Of a DNA stretch of 64,000 bases, positions 1 to 10,249 are shown one piece after another (position 1 is the first letter of the stretch; each line of letters starts with the position of its first letter). Where the stretch lies: assembly GCA_963678065.2 (NCBI GenBank), contig CAXXVZ010000003.1:1952001-2016000 (forward strand), read 5' to 3'. The DNA is from Treponemataceae bacterium (GTDB taxonomy: Bacteria; Spirochaetota; Spirochaetia; Treponematales; Rectinemataceae). The position numbers and the translations under genes are program-made. The notes beneath the pieces were generated by a model. It saw only the letters and a program-made list of their open reading frames with translations, was not told where the DNA came from and searched no databases.

Positions 1-1122
1 TACGCCCCTCACGTCTACTTCCGGGCCCTCAAAACGACGCTCGACTCAGGAGAGGCCCCCGACGTCTTCCTCATGCAGTCGACGAGGTGGTACCTCGGCG
101 GCGAGATCGATCCCCGCAAGTATTGCATCGACCTGACTGGCGAGGAATGGACCAAGCGACTCAAACCCGAGTGGCTCCCTACCGTCTCGCACGAGGGGCG
201 CATTTACGGCCTGGTCCTGTGGGACGACTACACGGGCTGGGTCTACACCTACAACGACAAGATCTTCAAAAGACTGGGCCTTAGCCCGCCGAAAACCACC
301 AAGGAATTCATGGCCGTATGCGAGAGGATCAAAGCGGCCGGCATCCTGCCTATCTACGAGCCGGGCGCGAGTCGATGGCACTCCTCGCTCACCTTTTTCG
401 AGCTGGGGGCGGCTTTCGAGGAGCGCGAGAAGGGCCTATACAACCGCCTGAACGCGAACAGTCAGACCTTTGCGGGCTACAGGCCCTTCCTAAAGACGCT
501 GGAACAGATCCTCGCTGCGATGCGCTCGGGGTACTTCGGCGGCGACTTCATGGCGAACACCATCGAGGGTGCGAAGAGCGCGCTGATCTCAGGCTCCGCC
601 GCGATGACGCTCAACAAGATAGGCTTCGCGAGGAGCGTCCTCAAGACGAACCCCGATTCCGGGGCGGAGTCCTGGGGAATGTTCCCCATCCCCTGGCTCG
701 ACAACCAGACCGTGAGTATCGAGCGCTCAGCGCCCGCATGGTTCGGCAACGCCAAGAGCCACGATCAGGAAGCCGTGCTGCAATTCTTCCGCTTCCTGAC
801 GCGGGAGGACAATCTCTATCGCTACGCCGTGGAGCAGCCCGAGGGCCTGGGTCTTTCCTTCCCGACCAGGCCCGTGCCTCTCCTGCGGAACGAGCAGGCC
901 TTCCTCGGCTTCGCACGACTCGGCGGGGAGCCCTTCCAGGGAGGGGTCAAGTACATCATGGCGCAATGGATGGAGATAGAAGCCGACTTCGAGCAGATGC
1001 TGGCCGGCGCGATGACGCCCGAGCGCTTCCTCGAGGGAGTCGACGCGCGCCGGGCCAACATGGCGATCGCGGCGGGCGACCCGGCCTGGCTAAAAGCTAA
1101 GTCCGGTTCATCGAGTCCCTGA
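1..1122 (+). CDS. ABC sugar-binding protein (extracellular solute-binding family 1), 5'-truncated by the window edge
   Basis: Frame is open from base 1 (..DSGEAPDVFLMQ..). Contains 'YNDKIFKRLGLSPPKTTKEFMAVCERIKAAGILPI', typical of CUT1 SBPs. Confidence 0.85.
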   Translation, partial: YAPHVYFRALKTTLDSGEAPDVFLMQSTRWYLGGEIDPRKYCIDLTGEEWTKRLKPEWLPTVSHEGRIYGLVLWDDYTGWVYTYNDKIFKRLGLSPPKTTKEFMAVCERIKAAGILPIYEPGASRWHSSLTFFELGAAFEEREKGLYNRLNANSQTFAGYRPFLKTLEQILAAMRSGYFGGDFMANTIEGAKSALISGSAAMTLNKIGFARSVLKTNPDSGAESWGMFPIPWLDNQTVSIERSAPAWFGNAKSHDQEAVLQFFRFLTREDNLYRYAVEQPEGLGLSFPTRPVPLLRNEQAFLGFARLGGEPFQGGVKYIMAQWMEIEADFEQMLAGAMTPERFLEGVDARRANMAIAAGDPAWLKAKSGSSSP

Positions 1123-1864
1123 ACGCCGTGGGGGCGAGGCCCGTCTCTCTCTTGAAGAGGCGCGAAAAATATAGCGGATCCTCATAGCCCACGGCGGACG
1201 TGACCTGTTTTATCTCGAGGTTCGGGTGCCCCACGAGGAGCCGCTTCGCTTTCTCCACGCGGAGCTTTATGAGCTCCTGCGTTGGCGTGCTTCCCGTGAT
1301 CCTGTTGTACAGGCGGAGCAGATACGCGGTCTTGCAGCCGAAGGTAGCGGCGAGCTTCTCCAGGGAGTAGGGCTGGCGATAGTTCTCCTGAAGGTAGACC
1401 TTGATGGCTTTAACGAGATCCTCTTCCCTGGCGCCGATCCGGTCCAGGCCGTATTCTTTATCCACGATGCCCGTCGAGGACTCCAACCTGATTCGGATCC
1501 TCCTTAAAATCTCCTGCAAGCCTTCGGCGTCGATCGGCTTAAGTATATAATCGTCAACGCCGAGCTCGATTGCCCGGCGGGCGTACTCGAATTCACTGTA
1601 GCCTGAGATGATGACTATCCGGATGTCCGCGTTCGTCGCGCGGATCCGCTCGACGAGGTCGAGCCCGCCCAGCACTGGCATCTTGATGTCGGTAATGAGG
1701 AGGTCGGGTAAATAGCGCTCGACAAGCTCAACGGCCTCCTCTCCGTCCGCAGCGGACCCGACGCACTTGAAATACGGATCGAGCTCCGCAGTCTTTCGGG
1801 TCACGTAGTCCCTCATTCGCTCCTCGTCCTCGGCGACGACGTAGGTGAAACAGCGCTCAGCCAT
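1097..1864 (-). CDS. Two-component response regulator, REC + AraC HTH (YesN-like)
   Basis: REC motifs VAEDEE, LLITDIKMP, YILKP; AraC C-terminus VGYEDPLYFSRLFKRETG. The ATG overlaps the kinase stop. Confidence 0.92.
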   Translation of the reverse strand: MAERCFTYVVAEDEERMRDYVTRKTAELDPYFKCVGSAADGEEAVELVERYLPDLLITDIKMPVLGGLDLVERIRATNADIRIVIISGYSEFEYARRAIELGVDDYILKPIDAEGLQEILRRIRIRLESSTGIVDKEYGLDRIGAREEDLVKAIKVYLQENYRQPYSLEKLAATFGCKTAYLLRLYNRITGSTPTQELIKLRVEKAKRLLVGHPNLEIKQVTSAVGYEDPLYFSRLFKRETGLAPTAFRDSMNRT

Positions 1865-3674
1865 GTATTCGAGCCCCCATGGTGATCCTGGCTCCTCCCT
1901 CAGATCTGTTGCCAATCTCGAAGACGGACCCATCTCCGAACGCCAGCTTGAATCGTTCGTACGAATTCAATATCCCCATCCCGGATATCGAGAGGGTCGG
2001 GAGTCCCCTGCCCTCTCGCTCGCGGGCGGCGATTCTCTCGCTCACGCGCTTCAGGGTCTCGACCGAGAAGCCCGGGCCGTTGTCCAGTATCTCGACCTCC
2101 CAGCGCCCGTCCGAGAGGCGACCATGGAGTTCGACGCGCCATGGAGGTCGGTTGGAGGTCCCATACTTAAAACAGTTCTCGATGAAGGGCTGGAAGACGA
2201 GCCTGGGAACGATGATCCCCCTCATCGCGACGGGTATGTCGATGACGAATTCGAGACTGTCCCCGAACCTCGCGCGCATCGCGGCGAGATAGCTCTCAGC
2301 GTACTCGGCCTCCATGCCAAGCGTAGCGGTCGTCTCTTCCGTTGACGAAACGTAACGGAGCACCTTCGCCAGGTTGACGATCAGCCCCTGTATGGCGCGC
2401 GCGTCGCTCTCTTCAGCCATGATGGCGATGGTCTGCAGCATGTTGTGGAGGAAGTGCGGGTTGAGCTGCGATTGGAGTGCCACCAGCTGGGCCTCCTTCT
2501 CGTGGGCCCTAAGCGATACAGCCTCTTGAATGGACTCGTTGAGCTTCAGCCTCATTCTATGGAAGGCGAGCCTGAGCGCGTCTATCTCGCCGGGGTCTTG
2601 TCCGCGCCTTCCCACGGCGACATCGTCCAGGTTCGCCAAGTCCACCTCGTCTATCTCGGCGTGCAGGGCCTTGATCGGCACGGTGACGCGGCGGGCTATA
2701 AAGTAAGACGCGACGAGGGAGCAGAGGATCGCGCCCAGGGTGAGTAGGGCGATCCGCGCGGTGTACTGCATGATGCTCGTCGACAGCCCAGCCGAGGGCT
2801 CTCCGATAATAACGATCCAGCCCGTGTCCTTCGAGGAGGTCGACGCGAAGAGCTGCGGATCGAGCCTCCCGGGAAGCATGCCCGTCGCTATAGGTCGGGT
2901 CGCGGCCTTCTGGGAGAGCCGCAGGAGCTCCTCGCCGTCGACCCGAGCTCCATCGTATGGATAGAGGAGGCGCCCGCCGCCGTCCACTACAAAAATCGAG
3001 ACCGTCGAGTTGCCGAGGCTATCCAGCTCGCTGAACAACGAGTCGCAGTATTGCTTCACCTCGATGACTCCCTGCGTGGAGCGCATGGAGTCCTGGAAGC
3101 TCCGCAGAAGGGAGACGTAGCGCTTGCCCTTGACGATCACCGAAGTGTCCTCAAGTAGAGGATCGCTGTGAGGGGGAAGGATCACTCGCTCGCCGCCCTT
3201 CCGCATTACCTCGGGGTACCAGGGCTCACGCTTCGCGTCGCGCTCGATGAGCCGGCTGTAGTACCCAGCTCCGATCATCTCGCCCTGTGGATCGAAAAGG
3301 TTCATTTGGGGCGCGGACTGATTGGGCCCTAGGATGGTGTCGCAGATCTCTATCAGGGCCTCGGTGTTCTCGAGCTTGGCGATCCTCTGCTCCACGGAAG
3401 CCGGCATGCGCGGCAGGGCGAGGTGGCGCATATACAGGTCCTGGAAGACCTGCGAGTAGACCAGCGTCAGGCTCAGCCGGTTCATCTCCCCGACCTGGGA
3501 GTCGAGGTTGGTCAGCACCGACTTGGAGAGCGAAGTCAACGTGTCGGCAAAGCGCTCGCGGGCGACCGAGGAGGCGTAATCGTATATCACGAGCGAGAAG
3601 ACCAAGAGCACGCTCACGAGCAGGAGCGAAACGGAGAGAAATATGGACCCCTGGACGGTCCGATAGTGTGTCAC
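1857..3674 (-). CDS. Sensor histidine kinase (YesM-like; dCache-HAMP-His_kinase-HATPase)
   Basis: Two TM segments; LQSQLNPHFLHNML H-box; QPFIENCFKYG; DNGPG. GTG start chosen manually. Confidence 0.9.
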   Translation of the reverse strand: MTHYRTVQGSIFLSVSLLLVSVLLVFSLVIYDYASSVARERFADTLTSLSKSVLTNLDSQVGEMNRLSLTLVYSQVFQDLYMRHLALPRMPASVEQRIAKLENTEALIEICDTILGPNQSAPQMNLFDPQGEMIGAGYYSRLIERDAKREPWYPEVMRKGGERVILPPHSDPLLEDTSVIVKGKRYVSLLRSFQDSMRSTQGVIEVKQYCDSLFSELDSLGNSTVSIFVVDGGGRLLYPYDGARVDGEELLRLSQKAATRPIATGMLPGRLDPQLFASTSSKDTGWIVIIGEPSAGLSTSIMQYTARIALLTLGAILCSLVASYFIARRVTVPIKALHAEIDEVDLANLDDVAVGRRGQDPGEIDALRLAFHRMRLKLNESIQEAVSLRAHEKEAQLVALQSQLNPHFLHNMLQTIAIMAEESDARAIQGLIVNLAKVLRYVSSTEETTATLGMEAEYAESYLAAMRARFGDSLEFVIDIPVAMRGIIVPRLVFQPFIENCFKYGTSNRPPWRVELHGRLSDGRWEVEILDNGPGFSVETLKRVSERIAAREREGRGLPTLSISGMGILNSYERFKLAFGDGSVFEIGNRSEGGARITMGARIHG

Positions 3675-3810
3675 GCCAGAATAATACCATAAAGTCCGCC
3701 CGGCCGCGCATGGAATTTTGTCCATGATCCGGCGCATTCCAGTCCATTTACGGCTTCCGAATGTGGCCACATAGTGATTCGAGATTATTCCGCAACAGAA
3801 GGAGGATTTG

Positions 3811-5079
3811 ATGATGAGGAAAACTATCCTCGGTATCGGTCTCGTGCTGCTTTGCGCGTCGGCGGCGCTCTTCGCCCAGCAGAAGGTGACGCTCACCGTC
3901 TGGGACTTCAAGTACGGAGAGGTCAATGCCGGCGGCGCGCAGGCCCCCATGAAGCAGAACGACGCAGCCTTCGAGAAGGCGAATCCCGGCGTCAGGGTCA
4001 ACCACGTGTCGCAGCCTCTCGAGCCTCAGTACTACCAGATCATCCAGAGCGCGGCTACGGCTAACGACGGCCCGGACGTCGCGATGTTCCACCCCGGCGC
4101 CCGCGTGAACGGCTTCGCCGACATCATCGTCGACCTCGATCCGTACATCAAGGACGTAAAGGGCCAGTTTACCCAGGCGAGTATCGAGATGTGCTCCCTG
4201 AACCAGAAGCTCGACCAGCCCGTGAAGGTGCTTCCGCTGACTATGCAGGGATTCGGCATCTACTACAACAAGGACTACTTCAAGAAGGCTGGCCTCGACC
4301 CCGAGAAGGCCCCCAAGTCCTCCGCTGACTTCCTCGCCGCCTGCGAGAAGCTCAAGGCCGCCGGGGTCGTACCGATTACCTCCGGCCAGACCTACACCAT
4401 CGACTTTTTCCTCCGCTGCGCCGCAGCCAACGCTTACGGCCCGAACGTCGGCGGTCTCGTGGACGGATCCCAGAAGTTCGACAACCCGGTGTTCAAGGAG
4501 AGCGTCACCTTCCTTAAGACCATCATCGACAAGGGTTATGTCGAGAAGGACGGTTTCTCCCGCCCATACTTCATGGACGGCATCGACAAGTTCGCCGCGG
4601 GCGGTGGGGCCATGTTCGTGGGCCTGCTCTCCGACGTCGGCAACTGGAAGATTTTCTCCGACCAGCTCGGCGCGAAGAACGTTGGCTACTTCCCCGCGGT
4701 CAACTTCGCCGACGGTAAGTACAAGGACCAGCAGGTCATGCAGGGCGCTGGCATCGGCTACGGCGTCATGAAGTGGTCGAAGAACCAGAAACTCGCCGCG
4801 GCCTACGTCAAGTTCGTGACGACCGGCGAGGGAGCCAAGACCTATGCCGCAGCCACCGGCGCCCTCTCGCCGAACACGGCCGCCGGCGGTTCCGACAATT
4901 CCTACCCCTTGCTGAAGGTCATCCAGGGTTACCTCAAGAACGGTGCCAAGGACTACATCCCCCTGTTCTACAACGGGTACGAGGACGACGCGAACCGCCT
5001 CTGCGATCAGGCTTTCGTCACCGGTCAGATCAGCGTCGATCAGTTCATCGACGAGTACCAGAAGCTGATTACGAAGTAG
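3811..5079 (+). CDS. ABC sugar-binding protein
   Basis: Signal peptide (..AALFAQQ), GAAGGAGGA RBS, YYNKDYFKKAGLDP motif; followed by two permeases. Confidence 0.92.
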   Translation: MMRKTILGIGLVLLCASAALFAQQKVTLTVWDFKYGEVNAGGAQAPMKQNDAAFEKANPGVRVNHVSQPLEPQYYQIIQSAATANDGPDVAMFHPGARVNGFADIIVDLDPYIKDVKGQFTQASIEMCSLNQKLDQPVKVLPLTMQGFGIYYNKDYFKKAGLDPEKAPKSSADFLAACEKLKAAGVVPITSGQTYTIDFFLRCAAANAYGPNVGGLVDGSQKFDNPVFKESVTFLKTIIDKGYVEKDGFSRPYFMDGIDKFAAGGGAMFVGLLSDVGNWKIFSDQLGAKNVGYFPAVNFADGKYKDQQVMQGAGIGYGVMKWSKNQKLAAAYVKFVTTGEGAKTYAAATGALSPNTAAGGSDNSYPLLKVIQGYLKNGAKDYIPLFYNGYEDDANRLCDQAFVTGQISVDQFIDEYQKLITK

Positions 5080-5110
5080 ATAAGTCCGTCTTTTCCCAAG
5101 TCCACAAAAA

Positions 5111-5149
5111 CGAGGGCGGGGCGCGCGCATTGCGCATGTCCCGTCCTCG
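5111..5149 (+). other. Intergenic stem-loop after the SBP gene
   Basis: cgagggcggggcgcgcgca / tgcgcatgtcccgtcctcg inverted repeat with G-U pairs and no U tract. Confidence 0.55.
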
Positions 5150-5168
5150 CGTTCGCGAGGTGCCAACT

Positions 5169-6044
5169 ATGCGTCATCGAAGTTTGGAAAGGGACGGCGT
5201 CGCTCCCTATGTTTTTTTGGCGCCGCTCTTGGTGTTGCTGTTCGCGTTCATCCTCTACCCGGTAGCTATGAACCTTTTCGCCAGCTTCACCGAATGGAAA
5301 GGCTACGGCCCGCAAAAGTGGATCGGCCTTGCGAACTACCGAAAGATGTTCAGTGACAAGTCCTTCTGGACATCGCTTAAAAACACCGCGATCCTGATCC
5401 TCTACATACCGGTCAGCACTATCTTCACGCTATTCGTCGCGGCCCTGATGCGCGAGGGCATCAAGGGCTGGCAGGCCTATCGCGCTATCCTGTATATCCC
5501 GAACCTCCTGGGATACGTCATCATGGGCGTCATCTTCTCGATCTACCTCAGAGACGACGGAGCGCTCAACCTCCTCGTCAAGTTGGTCGCGGGCTCCCCC
5601 TTGCACTTCCTCATAAACCCCATCCTGGCCATTAATACCGTCGGAATCACCCTCGTTGTGTGGCTCCATCTCGGTTTCGGGATCATCTACTTCCTGGCCG
5701 CGATGAATGGCATCGATAAATCGATATACGAGGCCGCCCTGATCGACGGCGCCAGTTTCTGGAAGACTTTCGTAAAAGTCACGGTCCCGAGCGTCCGTTT
5801 CGCAGTCGAGTTCTTCGTCGTGTTCAACTTCATCGAGGTCTTCGCGCGTATGTTCTCCTTCATCTACACGCTCACGCAAGGCGGGCCCGGATACAGTACT
5901 TTCACGCTCGAGTACGGCATCTTCGCCCAGGGATTCCAGAAGTTCCATGCCGGCTATGCCAGCGCCTGGGCCATGGTACTGTTCATGTTCTGCGCCATCA
6001 TCTCGACGGTCCAGATACGCCTGATGCAGAGGAGAGACGCGTGA
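5169..6044 (+). CDS. Carbohydrate ABC permease (UgpA/MalF type)
   Basis: Multiple TM segments; EAA loop IYEAALIDGAS. Start trimmed to MRHRS. Confidence 0.92.
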   Translation: MRHRSLERDGVAPYVFLAPLLVLLFAFILYPVAMNLFASFTEWKGYGPQKWIGLANYRKMFSDKSFWTSLKNTAILILYIPVSTIFTLFVAALMREGIKGWQAYRAILYIPNLLGYVIMGVIFSIYLRDDGALNLLVKLVAGSPLHFLINPILAINTVGITLVVWLHLGFGIIYFLAAMNGIDKSIYEAALIDGASFWKTFVKVTVPSVRFAVEFFVVFNFIEVFARMFSFIYTLTQGGPGYSTFTLEYGIFAQGFQKFHAGYASAWAMVLFMFCAIISTVQIRLMQRRDA

Positions 6045-6880
6045 AGAAAACATCGTCGTTCAGCCCGGTCGCTCGCGTCGCCGTCCAGGCTTTCATGATT
6101 ATTCTCGTCCTCGCCTCGCTCCTGCCGTTGTACAATATCATAAGCGCGAGCCTCAAGTCGAACGATGAGTTCGTCGTGAATCCGATCGCCCTGCCGAAGG
6201 CTCCCATCTGGGACAATTATCAATATGCGGCCTTCAGCGGCCGTCTCTTGCAGTACACGGTGAACAGCCTGCTGTACGTTCCTTTAGCGCTTGTCCTATA
6301 CATAATAGTATGCGTCACAGCGGGCTACGCCTTCGGCAAGATGCGTTTTGCCCTTCGTAGACCCCTCTTCCTCCTTGTGCTTTTCATGTCTATTTTCCCA
6401 CAACTCCTCTTGGCCACTCAGGTGTTCAAACTGATCTCCCTCATGCACCTGACGAACACGGGGTTCGGCGCGATACTCTCTTGGGTCGCGTACTTCGCCC
6501 CCTTCGGAACATATATAATGACGACGTACTTTTCGGACATGCCCATCGAGCTAGTCGAAGCGGCCCGCATAGACGGCGCCGGACCCTTCCGGATCCTCGT
6601 CAGCATCATGGCGCCGCTCGCCATACCAATGGTGGCGACCCTCGCGATCATCGGCTTCCAATCGATGTGGAACGAAATGCCCTTTTCGCTGCTCATCCTC
6701 CAGAGCCAAGAACATAGGACTCTTACCGTTGGCATAGCGATGATGAGGGGCGAGTTCGGGCTTCGTGTGCCAATACTGAGCGCGGCCTTAGTGATTGCCA
6801 TGGCCTTTCCGCTCGTCATATTCCTCCTTTTCCAGCGCTACGTCACGCTCGGCGTCACGGCCGGCGCCGTGAAGGGATAA
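6041..6880 (+). CDS. Carbohydrate ABC permease (UgpE/MalG type)
   Basis: ELVEAARIDGAG; C-terminal GVTAGAVKG; GTGA overlap with the upstream permease. Confidence 0.92.
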   Translation: MKKTSSFSPVARVAVQAFMIILVLASLLPLYNIISASLKSNDEFVVNPIALPKAPIWDNYQYAAFSGRLLQYTVNSLLYVPLALVLYIIVCVTAGYAFGKMRFALRRPLFLLVLFMSIFPQLLLATQVFKLISLMHLTNTGFGAILSWVAYFAPFGTYIMTTYFSDMPIELVEAARIDGAGPFRILVSIMAPLAIPMVATLAIIGFQSMWNEMPFSLLILQSQEHRTLTVGIAMMRGEFGLRVPILSAALVIAMAFPLVIFLLFQRYVTLGVTAGAVKG

Positions 6881-6975
6881 TGTCCGCGACGCCGGGCGAT
6901 CACTACCGCGGGGTACGATCGCCCGGTTCCAGCAGCTATCGGACCGAAGAATAACAACCCCTTAAGGAGAAGAGT

Positions 6976-7860
6976 TTGAAGGAATTCGACATCACCTTCG
7001 TAGGGCATATGTGCTTTGATGAAATCACTCCCTACCAGGGACAGACCGTCGTCGCGCCAGGCAGCGCGGTGCTCTGCGGCGCCATCGCGGCGGCCCGCAT
7101 CGGTCAGCGGGTGGCCGTCGTCACGAAGATGGCACCGGCCGACGAGGGGATACTGAAGCCCTTCGAGGAGCTGGGCATTGAAACATTCACGGTGCCCGCC
7201 ACCGAAACGAGCTATTCCGTCGTAATCCATCCATCCGCGAACGTTGACGAGCGCATCCTGAGGCTCAAGAGGAGCGCCGGCCGCTTCGCCATCGAGGACA
7301 TGCCCGCGATCGCGACGCGCAACCTGCACTTGGCCGGGATATCGGACCAGGAGTTCACCTTAGACATCATCCGCGGACTGAAGGGCCGCGGCTACAAGCT
7401 CTCGACGGACATGCAGAGCTTTGTCCGACAGGTTGACCCGACTACACAGGACATCTTCTTCAAGGATGTCCCGCTAAAGCGGGACATCGCCGCCCTGATG
7501 AGCAAGCTCAAGCTGGACGTGGTGGAGGCGAAGGTCCTTACCGGTTCGGACGACCTTGAGGAGGCAGCCAAGCAGTTCGAGTCCTGGGGATGCCCTGAGA
7601 CGGTTATCACCCGTGCGGACGGAGTGCTGGCCCGCGTCCGCGGGAAGACCTACTTCGAGAAATTCACCAACCGAAGCGCCGTGGGACGCACTGGTCGCGG
7701 TGATACGACCTTCGCCGCCTATCTTGCCCGTCGGAACGATCACGATGTCTCGGAATCGTTGAAATTCGCCGCGGCCCTCGTCTCCATCAAGATGGAGACG
7801 CCCGGGCCGTTCCAGGGGACGTTGGCCGACGTTCTCGCACGCATGAATCAGGAGAAGTGA
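6976..7860 (+). CDS. PfkB family carbohydrate kinase
   Basis: N-terminal FVGHMCFD..PGSA; C-terminal GRTGRGDTT (GAGD-type anion hole); AAGGAG RBS before a TTG start. Confidence 0.85.
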   Translation: MKEFDITFVGHMCFDEITPYQGQTVVAPGSAVLCGAIAAARIGQRVAVVTKMAPADEGILKPFEELGIETFTVPATETSYSVVIHPSANVDERILRLKRSAGRFAIEDMPAIATRNLHLAGISDQEFTLDIIRGLKGRGYKLSTDMQSFVRQVDPTTQDIFFKDVPLKRDIAALMSKLKLDVVEAKVLTGSDDLEEAAKQFESWGCPETVITRADGVLARVRGKTYFEKFTNRSAVGRTGRGDTTFAAYLARRNDHDVSESLKFAAALVSIKMETPGPFQGTLADVLARMNQEK

Positions 7861-7863
7861 AGG

Positions 7864-10209
7864 ATGCATCTCTTTAAAACTTCGGAAAAGTATTTCAAGG
7901 TCGATCCCTGGCTGGTAGTCGAGGATGGCTTCGATCCCCGGAAGCAGCGCCTCTCAGAATCGATTTTTTCTCTGGCGAACGAGTTCATGTGCGTCCGGGG
8001 CTACTTCGAGGAAGGCTACTCGGGTGATCACTTGCTGGGGAGCTATTTCAGCCAACTATACGAGATGCTGGATGTAAAATATCCCCAGGTCTTCAAGGGC
8101 TTCGTGACGGAAGTGGCGGCCATGATCACTGCGGTCGACTGGCTCTATATCCGCATTGCGATCGACGGCGAGACGCTCGACCTCGCCTCGGTGAAATTCT
8201 CGGATTTCAGGCGCACACTCGACATGCGCGAGGCTACCTTGACGCGGGAATTCGTCTGGACGACGCGCGGCGGGAAACGACTGAAGCTAAAGTTCATCCG
8301 GTTCACGGATATCAATACCACGGCGCTCGGGTGCCAACGCGTCGTCCTCGAGCCGCTCAATTTCTCGGGCGAGGTTCGAGTACTCTCTGGCCTCGACTTC
8401 AACACGATCTACGAGCTAGCGGCAGGCTGGGACCAAACGCAGGGCTCCGGCGCGAGCGAGAAACTATCGTCGGCGCAGACGAATTTCTGGGAGCCTGAGC
8501 GTAGCGAGCGCTCTGGTGATATTTGTGCCATCCAGGCCCGAACTCAAAAGAGCGGCTGCCGCCTCTTCTCGAGCTTCCGCGTCACGGCGAATCAACCCAT
8601 CGCCCCAGTCCTCGTCGAACGCGAGAAGTTCATCGGGGTCGAGGCGACGCTCAAGCTCACACAAGGGCTGTCGACTGTATTCGAAAAGATAGCGATCAAC
8701 CATTGGGAACAGACGGAGAACGTTGAGCGGGTCTGGACCGACGGCCTCTCGCTCGCGAAGCAGCTCGCCAGGATCGACTTCGACCAAGCGCTGGCAGAGC
8801 ATCGCCGCGGCTGGGTGCGCTTCTGGGATCGCATGGACATCGAGATCGACGGCGACCAGGAGCTGCAGCAGGGCGTACGCTATTCGCTGTTTGCGATGTA
8901 CATCAACTATCATGGCGAGAGCGACCATCGGAACGTCCTGTGCAAGCTCGGCGGCGAGGTCTACTCGGGCGTCAACTTCTGGGACACCGAGATCTACTGC
9001 CACCGGATGTATATGTTCTTCGATCCCAAGGTCGCTCGCAAGCTGCTCATGTACCGCTACCACTACCTTCCCAGGGCGCTCGAGAACGCCAAGAGGGTCG
9101 ACCTGGAAGGCGCACGCTACCCCTTCTCAACCATCACCGGCCACGAGGACTCGGGCACCTGGCAGCACGTCGACCTGGAGATACACCAAAACATGGCGAT
9201 CTACTACGCCATCTGGCATTACGCTCAGGTCTGCAGAGACAAGGAGTTCCTATACCGCGAGGGCGTCGAGATGCTGCTCCAGATGTGCCGCTGCATGGCA
9301 AGCTGGGGCGGCTGGAGCCCGAAGAGGGGTGATTTCGGCTTCTATGGCGTCATGGGACCGGACGAGTTCCACATGATGGTGAACAACAATTGCTACACGA
9401 ACTACCTCGGCAAGAAGATGTTCGAGTACACACTCGAAGTCCTCGCCGAGATGGAGCGGGAGGCTCTCCATCTGTACGCACAAGCGGTAGAGAAAGTGCA
9501 GCTGCGCCCCGAAGAACCGCAGGAATGGAAACGAATGGCGGAAAAGATGCGCATCCTCAAGGACGAGGAGAGCGGCATCTACGAGCAGCACGACGGGTAC
9601 TTCGACCTCCCGCACGTCGACGTGAAGAGCATTCCCATGTCGGAGGTCCCGATATATAAGCACTGGGCCTACATCAGGCTCTTCCGCATGAACATGCTCA
9701 AGCAGCCCGATTTCCTCAACCTGCCGTATTTCTTCAGCCAGGATTTCACGATGGAGGAAAAAAGGAAGAACTACGAGTTCTACGAGGCTCGCACCAGCCA
9801 CGAGTCGTCGCTGTCGCCTTCTTTGCACGCGATCCTGGCCGCGGAGCTCGGGAAATCGCAGGAGGCTTACGACTTCCTCGCTTACGCGTCGCGGCTGGAC
9901 CTCGACAACTACAACCGCAACACGGAGCAGGGCATCCATTCCTCCTCGGCGGCGGGGGTGTGGGCCAGCATGATCTCGGGCTTCGGAGGCTTAAGGACCG
10001 ACGCCAAGACGCTCATTTTCAATCCCTCAATACCGGCACAGTGGAAGGCCTATCGCTTCAAGATCTTCTACGCGGGCGCGCTCTTGTCGGTCGAGGTCTC
10101 CGACGACAGGGCCCGGTTCAAGGTCGTGGAGGGCGGCGACGTCACGGTGAGCATCTACGGCAGACTCCATCGAATTACGTCGATGGGACTTGATCTCGAG
10201 ATGCCATGA
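7864..10209 (+). CDS. Glycoside hydrolase family 65 (disaccharide phosphorylase)
   Basis: ESIFSLAN..RGYFEE, FWDTE, GPDEFH, KQPD and HESSLS motifs; 781 aa. Confidence 0.92.
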   Translation: MHLFKTSEKYFKVDPWLVVEDGFDPRKQRLSESIFSLANEFMCVRGYFEEGYSGDHLLGSYFSQLYEMLDVKYPQVFKGFVTEVAAMITAVDWLYIRIAIDGETLDLASVKFSDFRRTLDMREATLTREFVWTTRGGKRLKLKFIRFTDINTTALGCQRVVLEPLNFSGEVRVLSGLDFNTIYELAAGWDQTQGSGASEKLSSAQTNFWEPERSERSGDICAIQARTQKSGCRLFSSFRVTANQPIAPVLVEREKFIGVEATLKLTQGLSTVFEKIAINHWEQTENVERVWTDGLSLAKQLARIDFDQALAEHRRGWVRFWDRMDIEIDGDQELQQGVRYSLFAMYINYHGESDHRNVLCKLGGEVYSGVNFWDTEIYCHRMYMFFDPKVARKLLMYRYHYLPRALENAKRVDLEGARYPFSTITGHEDSGTWQHVDLEIHQNMAIYYAIWHYAQVCRDKEFLYREGVEMLLQMCRCMASWGGWSPKRGDFGFYGVMGPDEFHMMVNNNCYTNYLGKKMFEYTLEVLAEMEREALHLYAQAVEKVQLRPEEPQEWKRMAEKMRILKDEESGIYEQHDGYFDLPHVDVKSIPMSEVPIYKHWAYIRLFRMNMLKQPDFLNLPYFFSQDFTMEEKRKNYEFYEARTSHESSLSPSLHAILAAELGKSQEAYDFLAYASRLDLDNYNRNTEQGIHSSSAAGVWASMISGFGGLRTDAKTLIFNPSIPAQWKAYRFKIFYAGALLSVEVSDDRARFKVVEGGDVTVSIYGRLHRITSMGLDLEMP

Positions 10210-10249
10210 CGGGAGACCGATGAGCATCGAGTATTCCTGGAGTGTACCG

